Origin: a bacterium
GTDB lineage: Bacteria > SAR324 > NAC60-12
Direction: 5' to 3'
DNA: 64,000 nucleotides
Assembly: GCA_965209155.1 (NCBI GenBank)
Contig: OZ242383.1
Location: forward strand, 1,856,001 to 1,920,000
Below the pieces are notes generated by a model that saw nothing but the letters and a program-made list of their open reading frames with translations, did not search any database and was not told where the DNA came from. Positions 41,597 to 52,046 of this stretch are shown here, one piece after another (the stretch's first letter is position 1; each line of letters begins with the position of its first letter). Both the position numbers and the translations under genes were made by a program.

Positions 41597-43384
41597 ATGA
41601 ATCGACAAAAAAGCAAATCAACCTTCAGGTCAACCCTGCTGGCCCTCATGCTGCCTCTCATCCTGGGAGGAGCAGGCTTCTTGGGAAGCCCGGCCTGGGC
41701 AGCCGAAATTTGTGGTTTTTCGTCGGAGGCGGCAAAGAACGCCGGGCCGCAATACGGTGGGAGTATTACATTCCTGGACGGATTTGGGGCGGCTTTTCCG
41801 CCTACATCTTGGAGCAAAGGACCAGGTAGTTCGTGGACGGCAGGTATTTATCATGAACCGATGTATGAGACCCTTTTGGCTAATAACATTGAGCTTAAGG
41901 GGCCATGCGGCACAGGGGAATCTGGATTTTATCACTCTCAAGGTGAACTTTTAGAGTTGACAACAGGTCGGTTGGCTGAAAGATGGGAGTTACCCAATGC
42001 GAAAACACTTATTATCACACTACGTCGGGGAGTCATGTGGTCGGGCAAACCGGGAGTCATGGAATCAAGGGAGCTGACAGCGGACGATATAGTTTATAGC
42101 TTTGAATTAGGTTGGACGCGCTATCCGGGTGCGGGAAGTAACTGTTGCGCGGAGTCGATAACAGCTACGGATAGGTACACGATTATAATAAAGCATCAAA
42201 TAAATTTCAATACTGAATGGTCTCATGACTTTGGAACCGGGCATTGGGTTGGGTCGACCATCGTACCTCGTGAGCTGACGGACGAGGCTATGAAAGACTG
42301 GAAGACTCATGTGGGGCTGGGGACAGGCCCGTTCACACTCAAGGACGTCGTGGAAGGCAGCACGGTATCTTACGTAAGGAACCCCAATTACTGGGACAGT
42401 TACGTATTCAATGACAAGAAATACGAGATCCCGTTTATCGACCGCCTGGTAAAAACTGTAATACAGGATAAATCCTCCCAGGTCGCTGCGTTACGAACAG
42501 GGAAGATTGACGTGTATGATGTACTCGAAAAAAAATTCGTCGACTCGGTTAAAAGATCAAGTCCCAAACTAAAGATGATAGAGAAAACGGCGGAGAGAGC
42601 CTGGAGAATCGGCATGAGGGTGGATGTGAAGCCCTTTGACGATCTCAAGGTGCGCAAAGCAATCAGCATGGCTATAGATCGAGAAGCCTTTATCAATACC
42701 TTGCAGGGAGGTGCTGGAGTGATTTTAAACGCTGAGCTCCATGCAGGACTTCCAGAGACTCTTTATACTCCTCTGGAGAAGCTACCGCAATCAACTCGAG
42801 AGAATTTTGAGTATAACCCTGAGCGTGCGAGGCAACTATTAGCCGAGGCAGGCTACCCGAACGGTTTCGAGACTACCATACAAGCATATGCACGGGAGCC
42901 TGAGCGAGATGTGGTGTCTTTTCTGGTAGCTATGTGGAAGGATATCGGAATCGACGTTAAAATTGATCTGCGGGATTCGACTACTTTGGATGGAATACTT
43001 AATAAAAAAGAGCATGCGCCACTTACTTTTCTTACTAACTCAGTTGGTTATCCGGGAGTAACTTTTGCCGGTTTTGCAATTGATGAGTCTAATACTTATG
43101 CAGTTGCGATGGCTGATGACCTTGAAAACCAAGAGATTTTTGCGAAGTGGTCACAAACAGTGGACCCCGTTGAAGCGAACAAGATCATAAAGGGTTTGAA
43201 CCAGTTGTGGCTGGCGAAAGCTTATATGGCCTATGCACCAACTCCAATGGTAACCATGGCTTACTGGCCATGGGTAGAGAACTACGCCGGCGTAGTCAAT
43301 GATACCTCTGCTTTTTCTGTAGGCGGGATTTTCGCTCGTGCCTGGATCAACAGCGATTTAAAGGTAGAAATATTGGGACAGTAA
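41597..43384 (+). CDS. Family-5 ABC substrate-binding protein
   Basis: Signal peptide ending AWA; LAERWE, GTGPF, RNPNYW and LLAEAGYP; upstream in-frame starts exist. Confidence 0.9.
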   Translation: MNRQKSKSTFRSTLLALMLPLILGGAGFLGSPAWAAEICGFSSEAAKNAGPQYGGSITFLDGFGAAFPPTSWSKGPGSSWTAGIYHEPMYETLLANNIELKGPCGTGESGFYHSQGELLELTTGRLAERWELPNAKTLIITLRRGVMWSGKPGVMESRELTADDIVYSFELGWTRYPGAGSNCCAESITATDRYTIIIKHQINFNTEWSHDFGTGHWVGSTIVPRELTDEAMKDWKTHVGLGTGPFTLKDVVEGSTVSYVRNPNYWDSYVFNDKKYEIPFIDRLVKTVIQDKSSQVAALRTGKIDVYDVLEKKFVDSVKRSSPKLKMIEKTAERAWRIGMRVDVKPFDDLKVRKAISMAIDREAFINTLQGGAGVILNAELHAGLPETLYTPLEKLPQSTRENFEYNPERARQLLAEAGYPNGFETTIQAYAREPERDVVSFLVAMWKDIGIDVKIDLRDSTTLDGILNKKEHAPLTFLTNSVGYPGVTFAGFAIDESNTYAVAMADDLENQEIFAKWSQTVDPVEANKIIKGLNQLWLAKAYMAYAPTPMVTMAYWPWVENYAGVVNDTSAFSVGGIFARAWINSDLKVEILGQ

Positions 43385-43449
43385 TGAGCCCATCGGGGAA
43401 TGGAGCGATCTCATTCCCTACGCTCTTACATGTTCCTATCTCCTTTGAT

Positions 43450-43591
43450 GTCCGTCTGGCCTGGTCTGGCTCTGATGATTGTCGTCTACGGCCTCAATAT
43501 TTTCGGCGACGCCCTCAGGGATTTGCTCGATCCCCGGTTGCGGGGTGCTGCAGGGCGCTATGGCGGGTCTCGCCAAAAGAGAGCTTCATGA
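43450..43591 (+). pseudogene. 3' fragment of a dppC-like permease
   Basis: WPGLALMIVVYGLNIFGDALRDLLDPR only. Confidence 0.8.
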
Positions 43592-43625
43592 TTTTTAACG
43601 ATAACTCAATAAAGAGAGGGATTAT

Positions 43626-44399
43626 ATGTCCGGATTAATGGAAGGAAAAGTCGGTATAGTCACCGGTGCAGGGGCGGGAATAGGTCGTGCAAGCGCAAGG
43701 GCTTTTGCTGAAGAAGGTGCAAAGGTAGTCGTTTCAGATCTTGATCCAGTAGAGGGAGGAGAAACAGTTCGTCTTATTAAAGAAGCGGGAGGTCAAGCAC
43801 TCTTTTTTAAATGTGACGTTACCGATGAAGAACAGGTAAACGCACTGGTTGATTTTTGCGTCTCTCAGTTTGGACGGCTTGACTGGGCACACAACAATGC
43901 CGGGATTACTAGTGAATTTGCAGCCCTGGCAGACACGACAACCGAAAACTGGGATCGTGTGATCAAGACAAATCTCTATGGATGCTATTTCTCAATGAAA
44001 CACGAAATTCCGGCTATGCTTAAATCGGATGGCGGAGCTATTGTTAACACGGGTTCCAATGTAGGGGTAGTGTCGACAAGTTATGGGGCTTCTTATATCG
44101 CATCTAAATTTGCGGTAAGAGGCCTTACGCAGTGTGCTGCCTTGGACTATGCCAAGATAGGCATTCGTATAAATTCGATCAGCCCAGGCATGACAGATAC
44201 ACCTAATATAAGCGGCTTGAAGAAAGATAGACCTGAAAGTGTTAAAGCTTTTATAGATAATATTCCAATGGGTTGTTTAGCCAGTCCGGAAGATCAGGCA
44301 AACGCCGCGGTATTTCTCTGTTCTGATAAAGCTCGCCACATTACGGCAACGGATTTATTAGTTGATGGCGGACAGTTTGCAGAGATGGTACCGCTTTAA
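43626..44399 (+). CDS. Short-chain dehydrogenase/reductase
   Basis: TGAGAGIG, NNAG and YIASK. Confidence 0.93.
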   Translation: MSGLMEGKVGIVTGAGAGIGRASARAFAEEGAKVVVSDLDPVEGGETVRLIKEAGGQALFFKCDVTDEEQVNALVDFCVSQFGRLDWAHNNAGITSEFAALADTTTENWDRVIKTNLYGCYFSMKHEIPAMLKSDGGAIVNTGSNVGVVSTSYGASYIASKFAVRGLTQCAALDYAKIGIRINSISPGMTDTPNISGLKKDRPESVKAFIDNIPMGCLASPEDQANAAVFLCSDKARHITATDLLVDGGQFAEMVPL

Positions 44400-44476
44400 T
44401 CTGATAGGAAATCGCTTTTTTCACGTCAAGCTTCTACCTCCCCCATGCGATAGGCGTGGACTAGCAAGGTGACATT

Positions 44477-44722
44477 AACGGCGCGGTGGTCCTGCAGGAT
44501 GATGAACTGACTGGTGAGCACCCCGGACGTATCCTGCGGCATAGGGCTTCTTCTTCCCTTTCTTTTTGACCCCCTTTTTCCGACCTGTTTCTAGATAAGT
44601 GGTGCGACGTTTTTTGGCTTTGGGCAGGAGCGCGGAGTCTGGGATGGGACCAAATGTAGCCGAGGATGGAGGGCAAGCAGCACGAAAAAAAGATAAATGA
44701 AAAGGGACTCCCTGACATTGAG
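44477..44722 (+). repeat. Copy of the amidohydrolase 3' end and downstream spacer (matches 58435-58680)
   Basis: Near-identical nucleotide sequence by eye. Confidence 0.9.
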
Positions 44723-44804
44723 TTAGAGATTTAGCAGTCTCACTGGGTACGAAACCAGAGTACTTTCCGTGCCCAGCTATAAATAAGGCTCGCAGATACG
44801 CAAA

Positions 44805-44957
44805 CGCTTATACCAAGCCCGTCAAAATGCAATCCGTGAGGAAAAAACAAGGCATATGCTTTTGGAAGAGGCCCTGCGAGACAAGGAAGAGGCAGAAGCT
44901 AAAGAAAAACGTCTCAGAGAAATCTTGAAAAAAGCTGGAATAGATCCGGATGTATAA
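44805..44957 (+). pseudogene. C-terminal scrap of an Rpn/PD-(D/E)XK-like gene
   Basis: RLYQARQNAIREEKT...LREILKKAGIDPDV*. Confidence 0.45.
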
Positions 44958-44990
44958 GCTCTTTTTCTTTGGTTCTCACGAAAAACATGA

Positions 44991-45067
44991 AAGATCAGGC
45001 GGCTCAATGAGTCCCGCCCCAACTGGTCAGCCCCCAGCAGAATCCAGGCGGATGGAGCTTTCAGGAT
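44991..45067 (-). pseudogene. Internal dppC scrap
   Basis: Matches 52741-52817. Confidence 0.8.
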
Positions 45068-45095
45068 TCAGCTGGTTACCAGAAGACCCCCTCTT

Positions 45096-46238
45096 TTAAT
45101 ATACCCAATGGGCAGGAATGTTCTGCAAGGGGAGCACCTCTACCTTCTCGTGGAGGGGATAGCGGGTTTTGCCCGGATAGACCACCCAGAGTTTTTCCAA
45201 CTGTAGGCTGGAGAGGGCAGAAACCATGGACTTTGTCAAAGTCGGAGCATCCGTGTATTTGAATTCACACGCCCATCCTTTCCCTTCATGCTGCCAAAAT
45301 AAATCCACTTCCGCCCCCGAATGGGTCGCCCAAAAAAATGCCAGCTCGTCTGATTTTCCCACACTTCGCCACACGCAATCGAGCGCAAACCCTTCCCAGG
45401 AACTGCCCAACTTGGGATGGGAATGGAGCGCATGGGAACTTTCAACGGAGAGCAAAGCATGAAAAAGACCGGAATCCCGAAAATACAACTTTGGCCTTTT
45501 GACCAAACGCTTGCCAATATTGGTTTGCCAGGGTGGCAGAACCCGAATCATGAAAGTGCCTTTCAGAATATCCAAATAATGCCGGACCGTGGTATCCGCA
45601 ATACCAAAGGATTGCCCCAATTCTGAAAAATTGATGAGGTTCCCGTGATAATGACTCACCATTTGCCAAAAACGCCGCAAGGTCTCCGCACCAATCCGGA
45701 TTCCCAATCCAGGAATATCTCTTTCCAGAAAAGTTTGGATGTAATCCTCTCTCCACTGCATACTGACGGCATCCTCCGCTGCTAAAAAGGAAGGAGGCAG
45801 CCCGCCTCGTAACCATAATTGTTCCAACTCATCAGGTTGCGCATCATCTTTACGAAAGCCCAAAAGGGTATAATACGATATCCGCCCCGCCAAACTTTCT
45901 GAACTCTGGCGAATTAGGTCGCGACTCGCACTGCCTAAGAGCAAATAATGCTGCTTGGGGTTGGTGTCCACCAGATAACGGATCAACGCAAACAAATCCG
46001 GCTTGCGTTGTACTTCATCAATGACAATCAATCCCTGGCATCGCTCCAAGCTTAGTTGAGGATTCTGCAATTGTGCCAAGGCCTGTGGATTTTCCAAATC
46101 AAAATAATGATCCGCCTGAAATTGCCGGGCCAGCGTCGTTTTCCCCGATTGCCGGGGACCCAGCAATGCTGTCACTTTGAAATGATCGAGACGGGATCGT
46201 AACTCGGCGGTATCTTGAATACGGGGGATCATGCGCAT
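45096..46238 (-). CDS. AAA+ ATPase with DUF4143 domain
   Basis: GPRQSGKT, IDEVQ, LGSAS, PKLYFRDSG, EVDL and CEFK. Confidence 0.88.
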   Translation of the reverse strand: MRMIPRIQDTAELRSRLDHFKVTALLGPRQSGKTTLARQFQADHYFDLENPQALAQLQNPQLSLERCQGLIVIDEVQRKPDLFALIRYLVDTNPKQHYLLLGSASRDLIRQSSESLAGRISYYTLLGFRKDDAQPDELEQLWLRGGLPPSFLAAEDAVSMQWREDYIQTFLERDIPGLGIRIGAETLRRFWQMVSHYHGNLINFSELGQSFGIADTTVRHYLDILKGTFMIRVLPPWQTNIGKRLVKRPKLYFRDSGLFHALLSVESSHALHSHPKLGSSWEGFALDCVWRSVGKSDELAFFWATHSGAEVDLFWQHEGKGWACEFKYTDAPTLTKSMVSALSSLQLEKLWVVYPGKTRYPLHEKVEVLPLQNIPAHWVY

Positions 46239-46443
46239 TTATTCATTGAAATTTCTTTGAAAAAGACTGAACTTTCAATGTTAATAGTAAACAAACCCGA
46301 GCATTTGTCAATGAGAAAAAAGCATCTACAACCGCACCCAACCCAAGCTGCCAGAAAATAGTCATTCTCTCGAGGTTTCTTTCAATGACAGAATCTTTGG
46401 GAAAAGGCTTCTAAGAGTAGTGTCGAATGGCGCTTTTGTGCGC

Positions 46444-47414
46444 TTACCCGTTGAAAGAGGAGAGGAGTCGGGCCAGGAGGCCTCGTTTGCGTTTCCTCTT
46501 TGCGGCGCCATAACTGCCCTGACCGCCCCGCAGCCGGGGATCGAGCAAGTCCCTGAGGGCGTCCCCGAACATGTTGAGGGAGTAGACGACAATCGTCAGG
46601 AAAAGCCCCGGCCAGAAGGCCAGCCGGGGCGCCTGCTCCATGAAGCGGCGCCCTTCCCGGCTGAGCATCCCTCCCCAACTGGGTACCTTGATGGGCAGCC
46701 CGAAGCCGAGGAAACTCAGCGACGCTTCGGCAATAATGACGCCGCCGATGTTGATGGAGAAGATGATGATGATCGGTGCCATGATATTGGCAGCACATGG
46801 CGGGTCAGGATTCGACCCATGGGGGTGCCCACGGCCCGGGCGGCCAGAAAATAGTTATTCTCTTTGATACCGATCACCGCACCCCGGACGACACGGGAGC
46901 CCCCAATGCCGCCGGCGATCCCCAGCACGACGATGATCTGGAGCAAGCCCTGCCCCACGACCGACATGATCGTCAACAAGAGCAGCAGACCCGGAAACGC
47001 CATCCAGGCATCAACAAATCTTTGCACCGCCAGGTCCAGTTTCCCTCCAAGGAATCCGGAGGTGTCCCCGATCAGGAGCGCAACGAGAACATTGAGCGTG
47101 GTTGCGGCCAGACCCACCACTAAGGAAATACGAGCCCCGAAGATCAGGCGGCTCAGGAGGTCTCGGCCCAACTGGTCGGTCCCCAGCAGATGCTGGACGG
47201 ATACATCCTGCAGCCGGTCTGCCAGGTTGAGTTTATCATAGGGATACGGGGTCAACACATCCGCAAAGAGCGCAACAAAAATCAAGAGTAGGATGATCAT
47301 CCCGCAGAACGACCCCAGCGGCTTCTCCTGCCACAACCGGATGAAGAAATCCGCAAACCGGCATAGTCGTTTGGGCTCACGGATGGGGGAGGGTATCTCT
47401 ATGGCGTCGCTCAT
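46444..47414 (-). pseudogene. DppC/OppC-like permease with 1-bp frameshift near 46792
   Basis: LGTDQLGRD; tattggcag versus tattgggcag in its paralogues. Confidence 0.85.
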
Positions 47415-47433
47415 GTTCTCGATTTCTCCATAG

Positions 47434-47503
47434 GTAGGGCCGGGTGACGTCCCGGCCTGAAAAACGCATCGCTCGTATTGGCCGGGACGTCACCCGGCCC
47501 TAC
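47434..47503. repeat. GTAG-type REP doublet
   Basis: gtagggccgggtgacgtcccggcc plus its perfect inverted copy. Confidence 0.85.
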
Positions 47504-47550
47504 CTTTTTTTGGCTATATTAGTCCTAACAATTCACACCTCATTGTTGTG

Positions 47551-47632
47551 TCGTCCCTCCAGGACTTTGAAGGAGACTGTATTTTGTGCCCAGCGATGAA
47601 TCTGGGCTACTTCCTTTCGTCCCTCTGGGACT
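47551..47632. repeat. CGTCCC..GGGACT palindromic repeat cluster
   Basis: tcgtccctccaggact, cccagcgatgaatctggg and cgtccctctgggact. Confidence 0.7.
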
Positions 47633-47680
47633 TCTTCTGACATACGAATCTCAAACCTATATTTACCGGAAGCATAATGA

Positions 47681-48649
47681 CTATTCATACCGCACCCTCG
47701 GGTCCAAATAGGGATAGATCAGGTCGATGAGGAGATTGAGCCCTACAACCATAGTGGCGAAAAACAGGTTGATTCCGGAGACCATCGGGTAGTCCCGGTT
47801 TTGGAGGGCATTCACTAAGAGACGACCAAGCCCCGGCAGGTTGAAGATGTTCTCCATGATCACGGCACCCCCGACCAGGATCGGCAACTGCAGGCCGATC
47901 AGGGTGATAACCGGGATGAGGGCATTTTTGATGGTGTGCCGGATAATCACGACCCGCTCCCGGAGCCCCTTGGACCAGGCAGTGCGGATATAGTCCTGCC
48001 TTAAGACCTCCAGCATCATGGTGCGCATCATCCGCATGGTGGCGGCCGCTGAAGCCGTTCCCAGAATCAAGCTGGGAATGAAGAACCCCCAGAGATTCCC
48101 CAGCGGGTCCTCTGTGAAAGGAATCAGCTCCAGCGGGGGCGTCCAGCCCCACCAGATGGTGGGGTAGATCATCACCATCACTCCCAGCCAGAAGTTCGGT
48201 GTGGCCAGGCCGATGATGGCCAGGGAGCGCCCCACGTAGTCGGCGGCGGTATCCTGGCGAATCGCTGAGTAGATGCCGACCGGCAGGGCTATCACGAGCC
48301 CGATCACGATTGCCATGGCACCGAGCTGCATGGTCACCGGCAATCTATCTAATATCCTATCCTCTACCGAAAAACGGCCAAGCAGTGATTCGCCAAGGCT
48401 GCCGTGCAGTAAAATATCTCCTAGCCAGCGTCCATACTGCACGTAGACGGGCACGTCTAATCCCAGCCTACGCTCAAGAGCGTCACGGTCTGCATCGTCA
48501 ACCCTGCCATACCCACCCTCTGCGCTCTTAGCCACCATTGTGTCTATCACATCGCCGGGGATAAAGCGGACCGAGAGAAAGATCAGGATGGTCAAGATAA
48601 ACAGGGTGGGGATTATCAGCAATAACCGCCTGATGATATAGGCTCTCAT
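47681..48649 (-). CDS. DppB/OppB-like ABC permease
   Basis: QDYIRTAWSKG, NLPGLG and LDPRVRY. Confidence 0.92.
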   Translation of the reverse strand: MRAYIIRRLLLIIPTLFILTILIFLSVRFIPGDVIDTMVAKSAEGGYGRVDDADRDALERRLGLDVPVYVQYGRWLGDILLHGSLGESLLGRFSVEDRILDRLPVTMQLGAMAIVIGLVIALPVGIYSAIRQDTAADYVGRSLAIIGLATPNFWLGVMVMIYPTIWWGWTPPLELIPFTEDPLGNLWGFFIPSLILGTASAAATMRMMRTMMLEVLRQDYIRTAWSKGLRERVVIIRHTIKNALIPVITLIGLQLPILVGGAVIMENIFNLPGLGRLLVNALQNRDYPMVSGINLFFATMVVGLNLLIDLIYPYLDPRVRYE

Positions 48650-48654
48650 AAATC

Positions 48655-50457
48655 CTAATGCCCCATTTCTTTCTTCAGCTCACTATCAATCCAGAGGCGG
48701 GCCAACAGGGCCTTACGGTCATCCCGTCCTAACATTAATTCACCGTTGAAACCTATAACCCACGGCTGGATGGCGTTAAACGCTGGATTTATAGGACCCC
48801 ATACATAGATGTGGTTCTTTATAAGGTACATCTCTGCCTCTTTAACCGCCCTCTGCTGCTCCTCAATGGTAGTAGCGTCTCGGGCGGCTTCATACAGGAG
48901 GTCGTATTTGGGATCGTTGAGGTTTGGGGGGTTCCATGCTGTCTCCGAGTAACACCATTCAAGCGGGAGGAGAGGGCCATAAGGGTCGCTGCCAGCAATC
49001 CAAGTGGCCATATCTCCGTAAGTATGTTCACGTACATGAGCCAGATGAGTAGTTCGGTCCGCTACGGTAATCTCTACATCAACGCCAATCTCAGCCCAGT
49101 AGGCGGCGGCTATTTGTGTATAGTCTAAAAGGAAGAAATCGTAGTGTTCCAGGTCGACCGTAAATCTCATACCGTCCGGGCCGCGCGGATATCCGGCCTC
49201 ATCAAGCAACGCTTCTGCCCCTTCCAGGTCATAGGTATAGGTTTTCTTGACCTCTTCGGGCCACTCTTCAAATGGGGTGTTATACCCTAAGACGGCATCC
49301 CCTAGCAGGCCCCGAGGTTTCCACTTGGCATAACCCTTAAAGAAGGTATTGTTAATCGTCTCAAGGTCCAGTGCCATCTGCATTGCCTGGCGCACCCTGA
49401 CGTCGTTAAAGGGCGGCCTCTCCTCGCCTCCGCCCATGTTAAAAGCAAAAGCAGATTCCGACCGAGCTGCCCACGGGTAGAATTCGATTTCGGGGTTGGT
49501 CCGTCTGAGGCTCTCTCTGTCCTTGATTCGGAGCATTTCAGCGGCGCCAGCGAGACCTACGTAATCAGACTTACCCGTGCGCAGTGTCGCGAGAATTGTT
49601 GCGTCTTCCGTCATAATCAGGCCCCTTAACTGGTCAATATAGGGGAGGCGGTTCTCCGGATATTTTTCGTCGAAGCCCCAGTAGTCAGGATTCTTTTCCC
49701 AGGTCATAGAGCTGCCGTCGACCCAGTCAGTCATCATCCAGGGCCCGGTGCCGACCAGGTTCCTCCAATCCTTAACGTGGCCGTGTTGCTTTATTACCTC
49801 AGGGGGCATCATAAAAACAGGCCAGTCGCCGATGAGAGTCTGAGTCACCGACCCCCCGACCTGTGGCTGCTTCAGCTTAACAACAACCGTCCATTTGTCG
49901 GTGGCCTCTACCGATTCGAATATTGTCATGCCTTTGAGTGCGCCGGCATAGCCTGCAGGCGGTTCGGTGAAGCCGCTGCCCAGACCCAAATAGCGGTGAT
50001 AGTTGTATTCAACATCATAGGCATCAAATTCTCGACTGTTCATTGGTGCCTTATCATGCCAGTGAACGCCCTGGCGGATGTGGAAGACTATCGTTGTGGC
50101 GTCGGGCATTTCCCAGCTTTCCGCCAGTTGACCTTTATAGACAGATAGAGGGAAGGAGAAACCTGTGAAGTCCCATTCGTCCCTATCTATTCCCCAGTTC
50201 ATGATGCCTAGCTTCTCTGCAACACCATCGGCGCCCCTGGACGACCCAGCGCCGAAGGCGGGGTCAGCACTCGGAGGCTCAATCTTCATGACGAAGGTTA
50301 ATGTCCCGCCATACTCCGGCGCGGTCACCATCATTCCGGTGGTGGGATCTGTGACCATGTGTGAGTCGGCAAAGGCTGAGCCGACCCAGAAGGCGGTCAC
50401 CACCAGGGTGAGAGTTAACAACAATGATTGGATTGTTCTGGTTTTACTTTTTTTCAT
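48655..50457 (-). CDS. Family-5 ABC substrate-binding protein
   Basis: AGGAGG RBS, signal ending AFA, LAESWE and GTGPW; ORF open upstream to 50592. Confidence 0.92.
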   Translation of the reverse strand: MKKSKTRTIQSLLLTLTLVVTAFWVGSAFADSHMVTDPTTGMMVTAPEYGGTLTFVMKIEPPSADPAFGAGSSRGADGVAEKLGIMNWGIDRDEWDFTGFSFPLSVYKGQLAESWEMPDATTIVFHIRQGVHWHDKAPMNSREFDAYDVEYNYHRYLGLGSGFTEPPAGYAGALKGMTIFESVEATDKWTVVVKLKQPQVGGSVTQTLIGDWPVFMMPPEVIKQHGHVKDWRNLVGTGPWMMTDWVDGSSMTWEKNPDYWGFDEKYPENRLPYIDQLRGLIMTEDATILATLRTGKSDYVGLAGAAEMLRIKDRESLRRTNPEIEFYPWAARSESAFAFNMGGGEERPPFNDVRVRQAMQMALDLETINNTFFKGYAKWKPRGLLGDAVLGYNTPFEEWPEEVKKTYTYDLEGAEALLDEAGYPRGPDGMRFTVDLEHYDFFLLDYTQIAAAYWAEIGVDVEITVADRTTHLAHVREHTYGDMATWIAGSDPYGPLLPLEWCYSETAWNPPNLNDPKYDLLYEAARDATTIEEQQRAVKEAEMYLIKNHIYVWGPINPAFNAIQPWVIGFNGELMLGRDDRKALLARLWIDSELKKEMGH

Positions 50458-50685
50458 GATTCCTCCTATACATGAGGTGAAATAAGAAGATTCGCCATAC
50501 CATTGAGCGAATCGGATTTTCGCAGCAGACACAACATCTGCTATTTTTAGCCCCACGATCGGGGCAAAAAGTTGCTTGAAATACATAGCCATGGGAACTC
50601 CTTATACAAGAGATTGAAAATACTTCACCCGGCCATTGAGCACATCGAAAGAACGGGTACTCGAAGGCCTGGATGAGAAACAAAA

Positions 50686-51040
50686 GATTCCCGGGGAAGA
50701 GGAATTGCTTTCACATATTTGATTCGTTTCCTCTCTTCCCCAAGCAAACCCATGGTACGATAGGTGCAATATATATATTGCAAGCTTTTTTTGTCATTTT
50801 TTTTATTTGAAATGCAAGCTACTGATATTATTGCAGTTGGTTAAGCGGTAGCGCATTCTTTTTACCTCTTTTTTCCGGTGAATTTGAGGATAGGCGCTGC
50901 AATGCTTTTTTGTTGCTCACCTCTTTGCGATAGACATTGCTTCATTCGATATTGATTTTTATGGAATAGCAAATTAATATGCTTGCATTCATACCGTCCT
51001 TCACAATCGTTTTAGTAATCAGGGAAAAACCAGAAATTTA
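50686..51040. promoter_or_regulatory. Divergent promoter region, duplicated at about 56439-56790
   Basis: Colinear AT-rich homologous non-coding blocks. Confidence 0.7.
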
Positions 51041-51073
51041 AAAAGACGACTTGACCCCGGCTTGGAGACTAAA

Positions 51074-51325
51074 ATGACTCTTTTCCCATGGACCGAATCA
51101 GATACAGCAAAAGCCGAACAGATTTGGTTGGAGTATCAAAAACAGCACGATCTTTCGACGAGCATTGGGAAGACAGCTGGAATTGACCCAAACACAGGTT
51201 GTATTTGGATAGGCGAGTCGATTCAGGATGTTCTCTCACAACGAGACGCTGACAAAATTGAATCCTTATTGTTCTTCGAACGCGTCGGTTCAAAAACCTA
51301 TTATCGCAAAGGAGGTCGAAGGTGA
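51074..51325 (+). CDS. Small hypothetical protein coupled to an aspartyl protease
   Basis: GGAGA RBS, GTGA overlap; partial copy at 60648-60870. Confidence 0.7.
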   Translation: MTLFPWTESDTAKAEQIWLEYQKQHDLSTSIGKTAGIDPNTGCIWIGESIQDVLSQRDADKIESLLFFERVGSKTYYRKGGRR

Positions 51326-51675
51326 TTGCTGGCAAAGTATCTGAGGATGGCCTACCAGGATTCACCCTGGAAGTTGCGGGACAGAACTGGTCAGCAATTA
51401 TTGATACAGGATTCAACGGTGATTTGGAATTACCGGAAGGATTGCGAGGAAAACTCAATGATCAACCCGCAGGCCGGCTAAGGTCCGCATTGGCCGGAGG
51501 GCACATTATCGAAGAAGATGCCTATTCTGTTGATTTTCCCTTTGACGACCAAAAACTTCACGCCATTGCTACCTTCGTTCCAGATTCACAAATCTTGATC
51601 GGGACTCACCTGCTCCGTGATTATTATTTGCAAATACGGTTCGCCAGCAAAACATTACGTTTAGAACGTGAGTGA
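51322..51675 (+). CDS. Clan AA aspartyl protease
   Basis: IIDTGFNG and ILIGTHLL. Confidence 0.82.
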   Translation: MIAGKVSEDGLPGFTLEVAGQNWSAIIDTGFNGDLELPEGLRGKLNDQPAGRLRSALAGGHIIEEDAYSVDFPFDDQKLHAIATFVPDSQILIGTHLLRDYYLQIRFASKTLRLERE

Positions 51676-51760
51676 TTTGGCAAGTGAGACTCGTTGCTCT
51701 TTTGCCAACCCTTCTCGTATCGATTCTTCCTCTTTCAAAAGCCAGCGTGCTTTTCGCCTA

Positions 51761-51977
51761 TCCTCTGACTTCTGTTAAATCTTCTCACCGAACCATTTAT
51801 CCGAATGAAGTCTTAATCCCCGCCTCTACCGCTGGATTAAAGGCCGATTCCGTTGCCCTCTGTTATCAGGTTCGAACATTGAGTAAAACTCGCCTTCGTC
51901 AGGATTTGGGAGTCGTGGCAGATAAACAATTGATACAAGCGATTCACAAGGTACTACGTTTTCAATTAGATCTATAG
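51761..51977 (+). pseudogene. MazF/PemK toxin, C-terminal half
   Basis: PLTS...PNEVLIP...GLKADSVALCYQVRTLSKTRL. Confidence 0.8.
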
Positions 51978-52046
51978 CCCTGTTTTTCTTTCGAAGAAAA
52001 AACAGCGATTCTCAGGAAGGAAAAGGGAGGGGCTCCTTTGGTGGGC

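Noticed and set aside
46361..46375. GTCATTCT at a rearrangement junction as an IS110 off-target site
   Set aside because: Only the left guide matches; the junction is explained by ttctct microhomology
50753..50768. GG-N10-GC sigma54-like motif on the plus strand (also 56508-56521)
   Set aside because: Poor consensus, far from the plus-strand genes, and overlaps a better minus-strand sigma70 candidate
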